Below the pieces are notes generated by a model, which searched no databases, was not told the DNA's origin, and was given only the letters and a program-made list of their open reading frames with translations. Both the position numbers and the translations under genes were made by a program. Of a stretch of 64,000 nucleotides of DNA, positions 52,925-64,000 are shown one piece after another; the first letter of the stretch is position 1, and each line of letters begins with the position of its first letter. Source of the DNA: Octopus sinensis (taxonomy: Eukaryota); the NCBI RefSeq assembly GCF_006345805.1, contig NW_021832576.1, forward strand, positions 1 to 64,000, written 5' to 3'.

Positions 52925-53649
52925 TTAATAAGGGTGAGAGAATTAGATACTAATTTAATAGTATATCTATTCAACACCAAGTGGCCCAGTGCTCCGAGAA
53001 ACCTGGATTATTATAATATTTTGTAATATATTATAATATTTTATACAAAAATAAATATAAGAGAGTGGTCACTATATGGCTCACTCTAGCACTAGTTAAT
53101 CCAAAAGGTTTCAACTACAAAAATACATGTTTCCCATGAAAGTCAGTACGATTGTTAGCTCACACGAACGGGGCAAATAAAAAATAACAAAAATACAGAT
53201 TATTTTGGGACAATTGTTTCGCTATTAATGAATTAAATGTAATTTTACTTACAAAAAAATCCACTTGTAGCTCCTCAGCCAAAACTATCTGGATGAAATC
53301 CACTCAATCACACGCCAGATTTTACCATAACGATAAATACACGTGTGGTTCAATTGATTACATCCGACGTTATAATTCAAATGCCCCTACTAACAGCGCG
53401 CCAAACTTTCACGGGAACAAATACTACATTTAGAAGTAAATGTAGCATAATTATAATTAATTAATAAGGGTGAGAGAATTAGATACTAATTTAATAGTAT
53501 ATCTATTCAACACCAAGTGGCCCAGTGCTCCGAGAAACCTGGATCATTATAATATTTTGTAATATATTATAATATTTTATACAAAAATAAATATAAGAGA
53601 GTGGTCACTATATGGCTCACTCTAGCACTAGTTAATCCAAAAGGTTTCA
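52916..53649 (-). mobile_element. Non-coding retrozyme-like partial tandem (536 bp unit, 198 bp terminal direct repeats) in (TA)n
   Basis: 52916-53113 equals 53452-53649 with 1 mismatch; TA sequence on both sides; no ORF; a hammerhead lies in the unique part. Confidence 0.85.
53203..53284 (-). ncRNA. Minimal type-I hammerhead ribozyme, canonical core, GUC site
   Basis: Minus strand TTTTGG-CTGAGGA-GCTA(43 nt)TAGC-GAAA-C(AATT)G-TC-CCAAAA; stem I extends to 12 bp with one mismatch. Confidence 0.85.
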
Positions 53650-54807
53650 TATATATACTTATATATATGTATGTCTGTGTATACATAAATACATACAAAC
53701 ACATGTACACACGGGGGTATTTTTCCCTGTCACCTTCAATCAAATTTTATTAATTTTATTCAGACGGTATTGCCTGACACAATAACCTGAGGCATGCTGG
53801 AAGAATACTTGCTCCATAGCAGTGTCCAACCTCGAGCTATACAGTCCAGACCACGCCTCTTGTTTCCATGCCGAATCCACTGATGTTTCCTCTATAAACT
53901 TGGATTAATCACAAATATATTGCAAATGATATGCGATAACGTTAAGGAAATGACAGCATGTGTAATGTCTCCCAGTTATTAGAACACCATCGTTTTATCT
54001 TTTAGATATTTCACACAAAATGAGGTAAAGAGATGAATAAATAACATAGAGAGAGAGAGAGAGATAGGGAAATATATATATATATAGATAGATTGAGAAA
54101 AAGAAAGCAGACAAGAGGAATAGAGAGAGGTTTCTGTCATTGGTATTGGTCTAAAAATAAAAAAGAAAGCTCTTGTAACACTTTAGTGATAAGGATTCAA
54201 TGCATTCTTAGATGTTTATCAGTACACATTTAATCTATTTTAAATGTATACATTAACCTGACATCTAAAACAAAATCGATAAAATTTGATACGATAACAC
54301 GAAATGGATAGAAAATTCATATTCTACATTTCGATATAAAACAATCTGGTAATGGATAAAGAAGCAGGAACGGATATGAATATATAAAAATAATAGTAAT
54401 AATAAATAAAACGGTGTCGAAATAGCTTTGCATATATTTCCACAATGGTATTCGGCATATTCTGAAGTGATTTGCATAACAAATACAATATTTACAATAA
54501 CGTGAAATTAACTATGACGCACAATTATAGGTTTTTAAAAAATATTTTTGTATTTTACCCATTGACTTAATTTGAAGGTTATTCCAACAGGAGGAGAATA
54601 TATGCGCAACCCTTTGCCCCGGTAGACATAGCAGATAAATCTTCTTTATCGTGTGTTTGGGAGGGTAAGACATTTAATAATCGAATCGTATTGTCCTAAG
54701 GAAATAAAATTCTTTAAAGATTCGTTTGCTGTTGAATATTAGAATCAACTTAACGATTTCTGAAATTAACGATGGAAAAGAACATTGCAGTAAGAACGTA
54801 CAGAGAG

Positions 54808-55082
54808 GTTAGTCATCGTTCCCAGATGCACTTCGAGTTCACCTGATGATGTGGTTGTAACTTATTTTAGGAGATCAGTAAATTATTTTCTTCAGCTTAG
54901 CAGGGTCCACCCCAGAAGAGTTCCTGGTAGTAAGCGTGGAAGGAACCTTCTTATTACAAAGTTGGCGGATAGTCTGCCAGAATACTCTTTCTGCTGATCT
55001 AAAGTCAAAACTGAGATTAATCCCTAATGTCCTCCCATGAGTAAACCTTGTACAGCTTTACTGCTGCGGCTGCGGCATTTCA
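54808..55082 (-). pseudogene. RTE-clade LINE fragment (pre-RT region)
   Basis: Minus-strand translation resembles RTE A..AV..AK...WE.FG......F..A...FWQTIR; colinear with 58972-59243. Confidence 0.7.
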
Positions 55083-57022
55083 CGTTGGACAATCGCCCTT
55101 GCTGTATTTCTTCCGATTCTTTGTGTTCTAAGTTCAAATCCTGCCGATGTGAATATTGCATTCCATACTTCCGATAATCGATAAAATAAAATGTCGGTGA
55201 ATTATTGTGGTCGATATAATCGACTAACTCACTCCCTCAAATTGATTTCTTTGACTTATATTGGAAGAGGTTATATGTACGATTAGGCGAGGGGGTGAGG
55301 AGGCAGGAAATAAAACGGTATCGATAGCAAGACATACTGCATCCGATGCTGTGTATGATTAACAATGAAGCTGATTTGATTTGGGACAAAATCTTTGTAA
55401 GCTTACATAAGCTATCTAATCGAAACCTATACAATCAAAGCTCCAACCACCGCGATGCCAATCAGTGGTTCTCTTCATCCACTACCCGATTGATCATCAT
55501 TGGACTTAAGCAAAGCATGCTTTGTTTGGAGCATTTAGGGGTAGGCGACCAGCCTAACGATAATTTCTTCGGAGAATCATCGGCAAACGTGAAAAGGCTG
55601 AGGAACGTTATACTTTCCAAGTGCAAGAAATTTATTGTTGTTCGAGAAGTGCCATCTAGCATCGTTTACTATTAGCAATAACAACAATATCGTTGCTTAT
55701 TTTAGTTCATCCGAAGTTAATCCCGATCGAATAAAATCCAGAAGTCTATAACATCCTTGTGGGGAAATATCATGCATTTTAAGATAATCTAGGACTATGT
55801 CAGCGTAGATCTCCTTTCCTTATATAAAATGTTGGGTGAGGTGTGAAATAGGATATTTGGTGGTTGTTTCTAGCTGCCTGACATCTTTTAGTGTCGCTCT
55901 CGTTGACTAGTCGCTCAAAGATACAAATACTGTGCGTTTCCGTTACTTTCTATTCTTGAGTCCAATTAGGCTGCAGAGAATTCTATTACCCAAACATTTT
56001 ATAGAAACATAAAATATTGATTAATTAAGTATTGATCTAATATGAGAATCGATGTTGTTACGGGTAGCACAAGGTTTAACAGCCAAACGTCATAGAAATC
56101 ATGCACCACAGCCTTAAATGTGATAATACACATTGGACAGCAATACCAGAGATATAAAATATCTCAGAAAAAAATTGGGGATTGTCATTGACAGAAAGCC
56201 TTTGATCATATGTCTGTATATCTGCTCACTTAACGATTTCTGAAATTACCGAAGGAGAAGAACACTGCAGTAAGCACGTACAGAGAAGCGGTCTGAGAAC
56301 TTGAGTCTTCAGAATTACGACGTTGGACAATATATAACTCAGATGATAACGCACGAAGGGTTACTTCTTTCATTGAATTTTTAGCTTTCTTGTTCAAACG
56401 TCCATCCTTATTTTCACTACTTTTAAAGATTTATATATATCTACTAAACAACGTTCACGATCCTGTTCAACAGTGAAAGATATCTTTATACGATGCATGC
56501 TTTCTCGAAATGCTTTATTGCAAATATATCACACCATGTAGAGAAGCCTCTATATATAACACGACGGATTTGTATAGATCAAGTGATATTATTTCTAACG
56601 CATGTGAATAGCTTTTTTTCTGTCTGTCTATCCATCTATCCATTTAGATTTGAACTGTATCTTTACAATGTCCACTCATCTGGATGTCAATTGTCTGTAA
56701 GTTTAAGACGATATACATTCGTATATGCACATTGTCGTGCGAAAAACTTCTTACTTTGTTTTCCAGCGAACATCCGCATTGAATTCTGAAATTGCAATAA
56801 CCTTCAATGGATATAATATTGAAAATGGCATACAATTCGACTGATAGAATTTTGAGAATAGCTTTCAGAGGAAATACGTGATTTTCTACTTGATATGCAG
56901 AGAAATTCATTGCCTGTGATTATGAAATATGTGTGTGTCGAGCATACATCCGATCACATACAAATTCACACCGATGTACACATAATGATACACATACACA
57001 CGGACACACGCAAAGGCATATA

Positions 57023-57084
<62 letters not shown>

Positions 57085-58599
57085 GACGTCGTGATATTCG
57101 ACTCGTCACATTTGACATAATTCAATTGTAAATTTGTTACATATATGCTGAGACTTACATGTAACTTAATGGAAGTGCTAACGTTTCTGCAAGAACAAAT
57201 CAATATTGATTTTTTTCTCATAGGATTTAAGTGATGCCTAACACCAAATCATTTAATGGAGAATCCGAGACTATCAGAGAATAATGAGCAAAGACCTCAT
57301 TCAAATGTGTGCAGTCGAATGGACACAATTAATGCGATCTTAGAGCGAAGGAGGGGTTTTAATCAGGGTGATGGATTAAACATGCAACCACTAACAGATA
57401 TATAATTATTAAAGATATTATTGTTAGAATTCCTCTACCACGGCTCTACAACCGGTATTGGTTTGTTTATAGCGTTGTAACATAGTGGTTGGGCAAAAAA
57501 GGACAGATGCATAAGTATCAAAGTGACAAAACAGGTGTGGAGGTGTATTCGTTCGATTAATCATATCAAGGTGGTGTTCCGGTTTCGCCGCAGTCCAATT
57601 ACTGAAACAATTAATGAATAAAGATGTTTTATTTTAATGAGAAAACCATACATATAAATTGAAATTCCTGCTGAGTTATAATATTTGCAAAGTAAGAATG
57701 TATTAAAACAACGAATGGAATAGGAGATACCTTTTTAATTCTTTGTTACTCATAATTAAGACATTCGTTGGTTGAATACGTGTGTGATTTAAGATGACGA
57801 GCTAGCAGAATCGTTAGCAAGCTGGGCTAAATGTTTAGTGGCAGTCCGTCCGCCTTCATGTTCTGAGTTCAAATCTGCCGAGGTCGGCTTTGCCTTTCGT
57901 CCGTTGGCGGTCGATAAAGTAATTTCGAGTTCAGCATTTAGTCGGTGCAATCGAGTTACTCCCTCCAGCGAAGTTACAGCTTTGTGCTTAAATTTGAAAC
58001 CAATGTATGCATGTATTTGTGCATTTGTATGTGTATCGTGTTATGTGTATGTGTGTGTAAGTATGTATGTACTGACTTTCGTTTGACACTTTTCAGGTAA
58101 GGCTTAAGGTTGAAGGGTTCAAGGGTTCGCCAGAAATTATAATTATTTTAAGGATCTAAGCTTCAAAATTGCAACCGGGGATAATCATAAGAAACTCACC
58201 ATTTCACTTGTATTTCTGAACATAAATAATTCCCTGGTCTTTCCTTCCGGAAAGCCCAGCTACTCAACCTATTACATATAGTAATCTCTAACCATCTACA
58301 TGATATCTTTAAATGTATTGGCAAATAATGTTTCTTTATGCTCTCCTAAGATCTCTTCTAGCGAAGCTACACCACATAAGCATTTATATGCTATAATTAT
58401 GCATTAGTTTGTAAAAAATTCCCGTATAAGATGTGTAAAAGCACAGTATTACACATACATAGACGAAAACACGAAACACCATATGGGTTAATCCACAGTG
58501 TAACCACAAATGTTATATCCATAGAACTTAAATATATTTTACATTGTTATAAAATCATCTGATTACGCTAGATACATAGTTTTTCCTCATTTTTTTTCG

Positions 58600-59243
58600 A
58601 CCACTAGGTTCTGTGAGGGCCATGGAGACAGAGTACTCGAGAACGTGTTCCGTCAAGACCTATCAGCTGTAACCGTTTTGAAATTGTTCCGGATGGATCC
58701 CCAAACGAGACATACAGAGCTCTTGGATGTTATTCTACCATCTTGATCATGATCTATCCCAGGTTCCCCTGCAGACTGGTTTTACCCGTAAAACCTCACC
58801 CGCGATGCTTTCTCAATACGTTCTTACCACATGTCCGTAGTATCGGAGCTGGGGTTTCTCAATTAGAAGAAGTTACCCTTTTTGAAAATTGGGATTACCA
58901 TTTGCGCTTGCCACTGCTTAGGAGCCTTTCCAGAGATTCAGATTGCCTGTCAAAGAACCAGCCTCGGTGATGTTAGTCATCGTTCCCAGATGCACTTCGA
59001 ATTCACCAGATGATGTGGTTGTGACATTTTAGGATATCAGTAAATTATTTTCTCCAGCTCAGGAGGGTTCACCCCAGACGAATTCCTGGTAGTAAGCGTG
59101 GAAGGAACCTTCTTATTACAAAGTTGGCGGGCAATCTGCCAGAATACTCTGTCTGTTGATCTAAAGTCAAAACTGAGATTAATCTATAACGCCCTCCCAT
59201 AACTAAACCTTGTACATCTTTACTGCTGCGGCTGCGGCATTTC
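58600..59243 (-). pseudogene. RTE-clade LINE fragment including the start of the RT
   Basis: Same segment as 54808-55082, plus decayed RT start (PIFKKG-like, NYRGITL-like, QCGF-like remnants). Confidence 0.7.
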
Positions 59244-59532
59244 AGAACTGCTTTCCCTCATCGAATCGAATCGCATCGCACTTAAATATTGATCCTCACC
59301 TCAATTTTTATCCATTTTTTGTTCTATCCATTTAAATGAATATTCATTTTGCTGCAAATGTATTTCTAAGTGTATGTTCTAAAATAATTATTTACAGCAC
59401 AAATTGTAACAACTTTCACTGTTTCTAAATCATAAATCACTTTAAATCCATTTAAATCACACTACAGTAAGCATTATTACACATTTGACAGTCAACGATT
59501 GAGCAACGTTATTACATTATTTCAGCGCCTTA

Positions 59533-59970
59533 AGGAGGCGAGCTGGCAGAAACGTTAGCACGCCGGACGAAATGATTTGTGGTATTTAGTCTGCTGCTAC
59601 GTTCTGAGTTCAAATTCCGCCGAGGTCGACTTTGCCTTTCATCGTTTCTGGGTTGATAAATGAAGTACCAGTTACGCACTGGGGTCGATATAATCGACTT
59701 AATCCGTTTGTCTGTCCTTGTTTGTCCCCTCTGCGTGTAGCCCCTTGTAGGTAGTAAAGAAATAAGAAATGTTAACACGCCGGCGAAGTGTTTAGCAGTA
59801 TTTCATCTGTCTTTACGTTCTGTGTTCAAATTCAGATTCTGCCGAGGTCGAATTTGTCTTTCATCCTCTCGGGGTCGATAAATTAAGTATCAGTTGCGTA
59901 CTGGGGTCGAGCTAATCGACTGGACCCCATCCTCCGAAATTTCGAGCCTTTTGTCTAGAGTAGAAAACAA
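59533..59970 (+). mobile_element. Two tandem SINE family A copies (59533-59765 full; 59767-59970 variant 3' end)
   Basis: Family A head and body occur twice; the second copy ends with the alternative tail gactggaccccatcctccgaaatttcgagcctttt. Confidence 0.85.
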
Positions 59971-60761
59971 TATTCAATGAGGTTAATTTCCAAACTACAG
60001 TTTAACTATGACGTAGTTGATGATGAACTCCCATTTCAGTGTTGATGTGTTGAGGTCCAGTCATCCCTTCAACAACACAACTTAGCGTTAAATTAGTGGT
60101 CGAGTATTCCACGTACAATATCCCTTTAACTTACTTCCCTGTGAGAATCACCCTAATTCAATTTGTAGTAAAAATGGACCTGGGAATTACAAGTGCAGTC
60201 AATGCGCTGGGTTTCCATGCCTTTTTTCACGTCTACGTAAATTTGCTCACAGGGCTTGGGTCGATCTGACACAATTGCAGAAGCACGTGCAAGAAATGTC
60301 ATGCATTGGGAGTGAAATCCGAAGCCCGTGATAGCCAAGTGAATTTTTCAACAATTCTGTCATGCAATATGTGCCGCACGAAGCAATTAACCACGTTTTA
60401 CACAAGTGATTTCTTTCAAACAAAATTGTTTTCTGAATAATTAAACATATCACACATCACCTTAACATGTTTGATATTTTAAATAGGCTCGTTTTGCTTA
60501 TCATAACAGCTACATCACTCGCTGATAACACCAAAATATCTTTCTTTCTTTCTTTCCTTCCTTCTTTCACGTCCCTCTTTTACATATTTCATCTCTAATA
60601 CTGATCAAATGCTTACCGTGAATCTTTCTGTCATTAATATTCAATTCCTAATGTTTATCAACACATAAATAATAACGGTTAATAATTCCTTTAAAATGCT
60701 GAAATTTGCCAAATAAAATTTATAGAAAAGTATAATTCTGGACAGATATTTTTAATTTCAG

Positions 60762-60799
<38 letters not shown>

Positions 60800-60838
60800 C
60801 TATCTATCTATCTACTATCTATCTATCTATCTATCGAT

Positions 60839-60874
<36 letters not shown>

Positions 60875-60893
60875 ATCTATCTATCTATCTATC

Positions 60894-60974
<81 letters not shown>

Positions 60975-60996
60975 CCCATCTATCCAGCTAACTGGT

Positions 60997-61055
<59 letters not shown>

Positions 61056-61554
61056 TTTTCTTTTATTCTTTTAATTGTTTCAGTCATTTGACTGCGGCCT
61101 TGCTGGAGCACCGCATTTAGTCGATTAAATCGTCTCTAGGATTTATTCTTTGTAAGCTTAGTACTTATTCGATCGATCACTTTTCCTTAACCGCTAGGTT
61201 ACAGGGACGGAAGCACACAAGTATCGGTTGTCGAGCGATGGTGGGGGGGGGACGAACACAGATACACATACACACTCATATACATATATATACGCCGAGT
61301 TTCTTTCAGTTTCCGTCCACCCAATCCAATCACAAGGCCTGGTCAGCCGGAGGCTGTAGTAGAAGACACTTGCCCTAGATGCCACGCAGTATGACTGAAC
61401 AAGGAAACATGGGGTTTGGATGCAAGCTACTTACGGCACAGCCACTGCTGCGCCTGTATTTATATTTATATATATTTTTATAAATACATATATTTATAAA
61501 CATATATTTATATTTGTGTGTGTGTATATATATATATATATATTATATATATAT

Positions 61555-61598
<44 letters not shown>

Positions 61599-61667
61599 CA
61601 TACATATATATATGTATGTATATATATACATATACATACATATATATATTTATTATTTATTTATACG

Positions 61668-62175
61668 TAGGGTGTCATTCCTAGAACAGGGTGGTGGGCC
61701 TTGAATAACTTCATCAATGCTATTATCCTCTTCCGTCATACATCGGCGAAATATATATATATGTATATATATACACCAACAATTTGACACACTGACACAC
61801 AAACACACACACACACAACATACACACGTATACACACACAGTCAACACACGTAGACTCAAACACACAGACAACACAACACACACATACACTCACACACAC
61901 AGTCAACACAACATGTAGACACAGACACATACACACACGAATGCACACACACGCATGCACACACACGCATGCACACACACATACACATAATATACATATG
62001 TCAGTGTGTGTGAGTGTGTACAGTTGGTTTTCGGTCTAATACATTCTGCTAACAAAACATTGGTCATCTGGATGTGAGAAGTGAGAAGCAGTTTCCAAAG
62101 TTCATAGTACCAAGATTGGGTCCTAAACTACGTGTCTACGAAACTGTGTCACCGTGTTCTAGGAATGATGCCCTA
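61668..62175. mobile_element. TIR element (MITE) with CA-rich interior
   Basis: tagggtgtcattcctagaac / gttctaggaatgatgcccta, 20 bp inverted ends with 2 mismatches; superfamily not assigned. Confidence 0.65.
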
Positions 62176-63279
62176 AAGGCAATGGTTGTTGCATTTCGAT
62201 GCTGGTGCCGAGCGGTGCTGATGTCACGTGGTGCTGGTGTCACGTAACGCTAATTCCACGCGGTGATGGTGCCACATAACGATAGCCTTTATTCACTACC
62301 CTCTCGCATAATCAATTACGGACAACAAAAGGAAATAATTAACGGTTAGTAGGGTAGAAAATAGACCCAAAAAGACTTGGCTTATTTCCATGCATCACTT
62401 TATACTACGAGTTCAAATCCCACTTCATTCTACAAGTTCAAATCCCTCAGAAACCTACTTTGTCCTTACATCTTTCCGGAATTTCGAAATCAACAAAGTG
62501 ATGACGTCAATACAATATATTAAATTTTGTTTCAAAGGCTACTGTTAGTATATATCAAAGTTAGAATAAAGCATTATAAACTAAAACCTCAAAACTGCCA
62601 TCGTATCAGGTCTGTGAATAAGAAAATATTAATCTATTCTGAAATGATCTTTGAAGAATTCGGTTCAACACTGATTTAATATTCCTTTGTTCCTAACATG
62701 ATTATTTTCCGTTTTGGACCATTCTTATTTAGGCACTTATATACTTTGGCGAAAGTTTTGATGTTGAAAGATTAAAAGGTGCAGAATTATTTATTAATGT
62801 GCGCTTGGGGTTGCCATATTTACTATCAAGGTTCACTTAACGAAATATCTATAAACAGTTCAGAAAAAACTGCTGTATTGCCATTAATTTATTACATCTT
62901 AAAATTTATTTTATTGTTTTATTTCAATTTTTTTACTGGTATCAATCTTTGCACTGGTGCCATGTTGGCACTTAGCCTTCAAGAGTTTTAGTAAATTGTA
63001 TTAACACTTGTCATTGTGTTAGGTACTCTATTTAAATGGTGGTTAAGTACAACTCGGTGTAATGCGGTAGAATAAAATATGAATTAATTTTCGTTAGACA
63101 AGCTGACTCATCACCAAGCCCTTACCAAATGCTACACTCATACATGCCTACATAAGTGTGTATGTGTGTGTGTGCGTGTGCACACACTCACACACACTCA
63201 GTCAGATATATGCACACAATATGTGTGTATGTGCGCGCGTGTAAGTAAGTATTTATATATGTATGCATATATGCATGTC

Positions 63280-63590
63280 ACTGTGATCACCGTGACCGAC
63301 CAGGCTATCAGATGTTGCTACACATCGCTGGTCACAATGCGCGTCGCATTGTTTTAGCCTTCAAATGACGCCACCCCGCTAGCTAAGCGAGCAGGCCAAC
63401 AGGAAAAAGAGGGAGGGAAAGTTGTGGTGAAAGAGTACAGCAGGGATCACCACCACACCCTGCCGTAGCCTCGTGCAGCTTTAGGTGTTTTAGCTCAATA
63501 AACACTCACAACGCCCGGTCTGGGAATCAAAACTGCGATCCTACGACCGCGAGTCCGCTGCCCTAACCACTGGGTCATTGCGCTTCCACT
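63280..63590 (-). mobile_element. tRNA-derived SINE family C
   Basis: Reverse complement starts gtggaagcgcaatgacccagtggttagggcagcggactcgcggtcgtaggatcgcagttttgattcccagaccggg (A- and B-box-like), followed by a non-tRNA body. Confidence 0.8.
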
Positions 63591-63714
63591 ATATGCATGT
63601 AAATATAAATATACATGTATGAAAGAATGAATGTTTGTAGGCCATTTTACTCTTTGATATAGAGTTAATCTTGACTAACTACCAGTTAGTTTGTGATGGA
63701 GAAAATACTATTTT

Positions 63715-64000
63715 GTTCATCAGCTTTTAAATCTTAAGGTCTTACAGAATTTTAACGCATCTCCCATCGTGATCATTTGAAATACACGAACTACGGAGCT
63801 GTGTCCTCTCCTACAAAACCAGGATTCAGTCATACTTTGCTCCTGACGGGTTGGGACGTATCCTATGTTTCCATAATAATAGGTACGAAACTGTAAGTGT
63901 AACTTGGGTACCAGATTTGTAAACAATGATCCATAATTGCCATCTTTCTGCTGTACTTTTCTCACCATATTGGTCTCTAGAGGGCAGTTGATATCCACAC
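63715..64000 (-). pseudogene. RLE-domain LINE C-terminal fragment (related to 27740-28120)
   Basis: DINCPLETNMVRKVQQKDGNYGSL...GYVPT...FCKTLRF resembles the end of R2/R4-group ORFs. Confidence 0.6.

Noticed and set aside
52916-53649. CRISPR-like or LTR-retrotransposon interpretation of the direct repeats
   Set aside because: Only two long repeats with no spacer array; no TG...CA ends, PBS, PPT or TSD; eukaryotic context.
55346-55675. 109 aa ORF as a host exon
   Set aside because: No recognisable domain; at most a faint resemblance to decayed LINE endonuclease sequence.
63515-63590. tRNA gene
   Set aside because: The tRNA-like head continues into a repeat body and has an imperfect B box and acceptor stem, so it is a SINE. 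The same applies to the family A and B heads.

Overview
This is AT-rich, microsatellite-dense eukaryotic DNA. The SINE families and the (TA)n/(TAGA)n/(TAA)n load look like an octopod cephalopod genome (inference from recognised repeats). I found no host exon, rRNA, true tRNA or CRISPR array; nearly all long ORFs in the track are microsatellite read-throughs or transposon pieces. Mobile elements present: (1) a near-complete Neptune-like Penelope-like retroelement (PLE, 37.4-42.85 kb, minus strand; coiled-coil N-terminal ORF, RT, Cys linker, GIY-YIG; 1.25 kb partial-tandem pseudo-LTRs); (2) a mariner transposon interrupted by a 5'-truncated CR1/L2-clade LINE; (3) a cluster of R4/Dong-like RLE LINE fragments and a 550 bp partner repeat in (TAA)n; (4) RTE fragments, a Helitron, Tc1/piggyBac-type MITEs and three tRNA-derived SINE families. 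The main hidden structure is a set of minimal type-I hammerhead ribozyme motifs, each with a palindromic (dimer-type) stem III. They occur in the PLE pLTRs, in a 536 bp non-coding retrozyme-like partial tandem (52.9-53.65 kb) and in several foldback elements next to (TA)n tracts. Their cores show three Watson-Crick variants of the 3:8 pair (C:G, U:A, G:C). In the foldbacks the ribozyme strand always points outward into (TA)n, which suggests these MITE-like palindromes are PLE-mobilised retro-products. Frequent 1-nt indels suggest residual long-read errors, so frameshifts and perfect palindromes need read-level confirmation.
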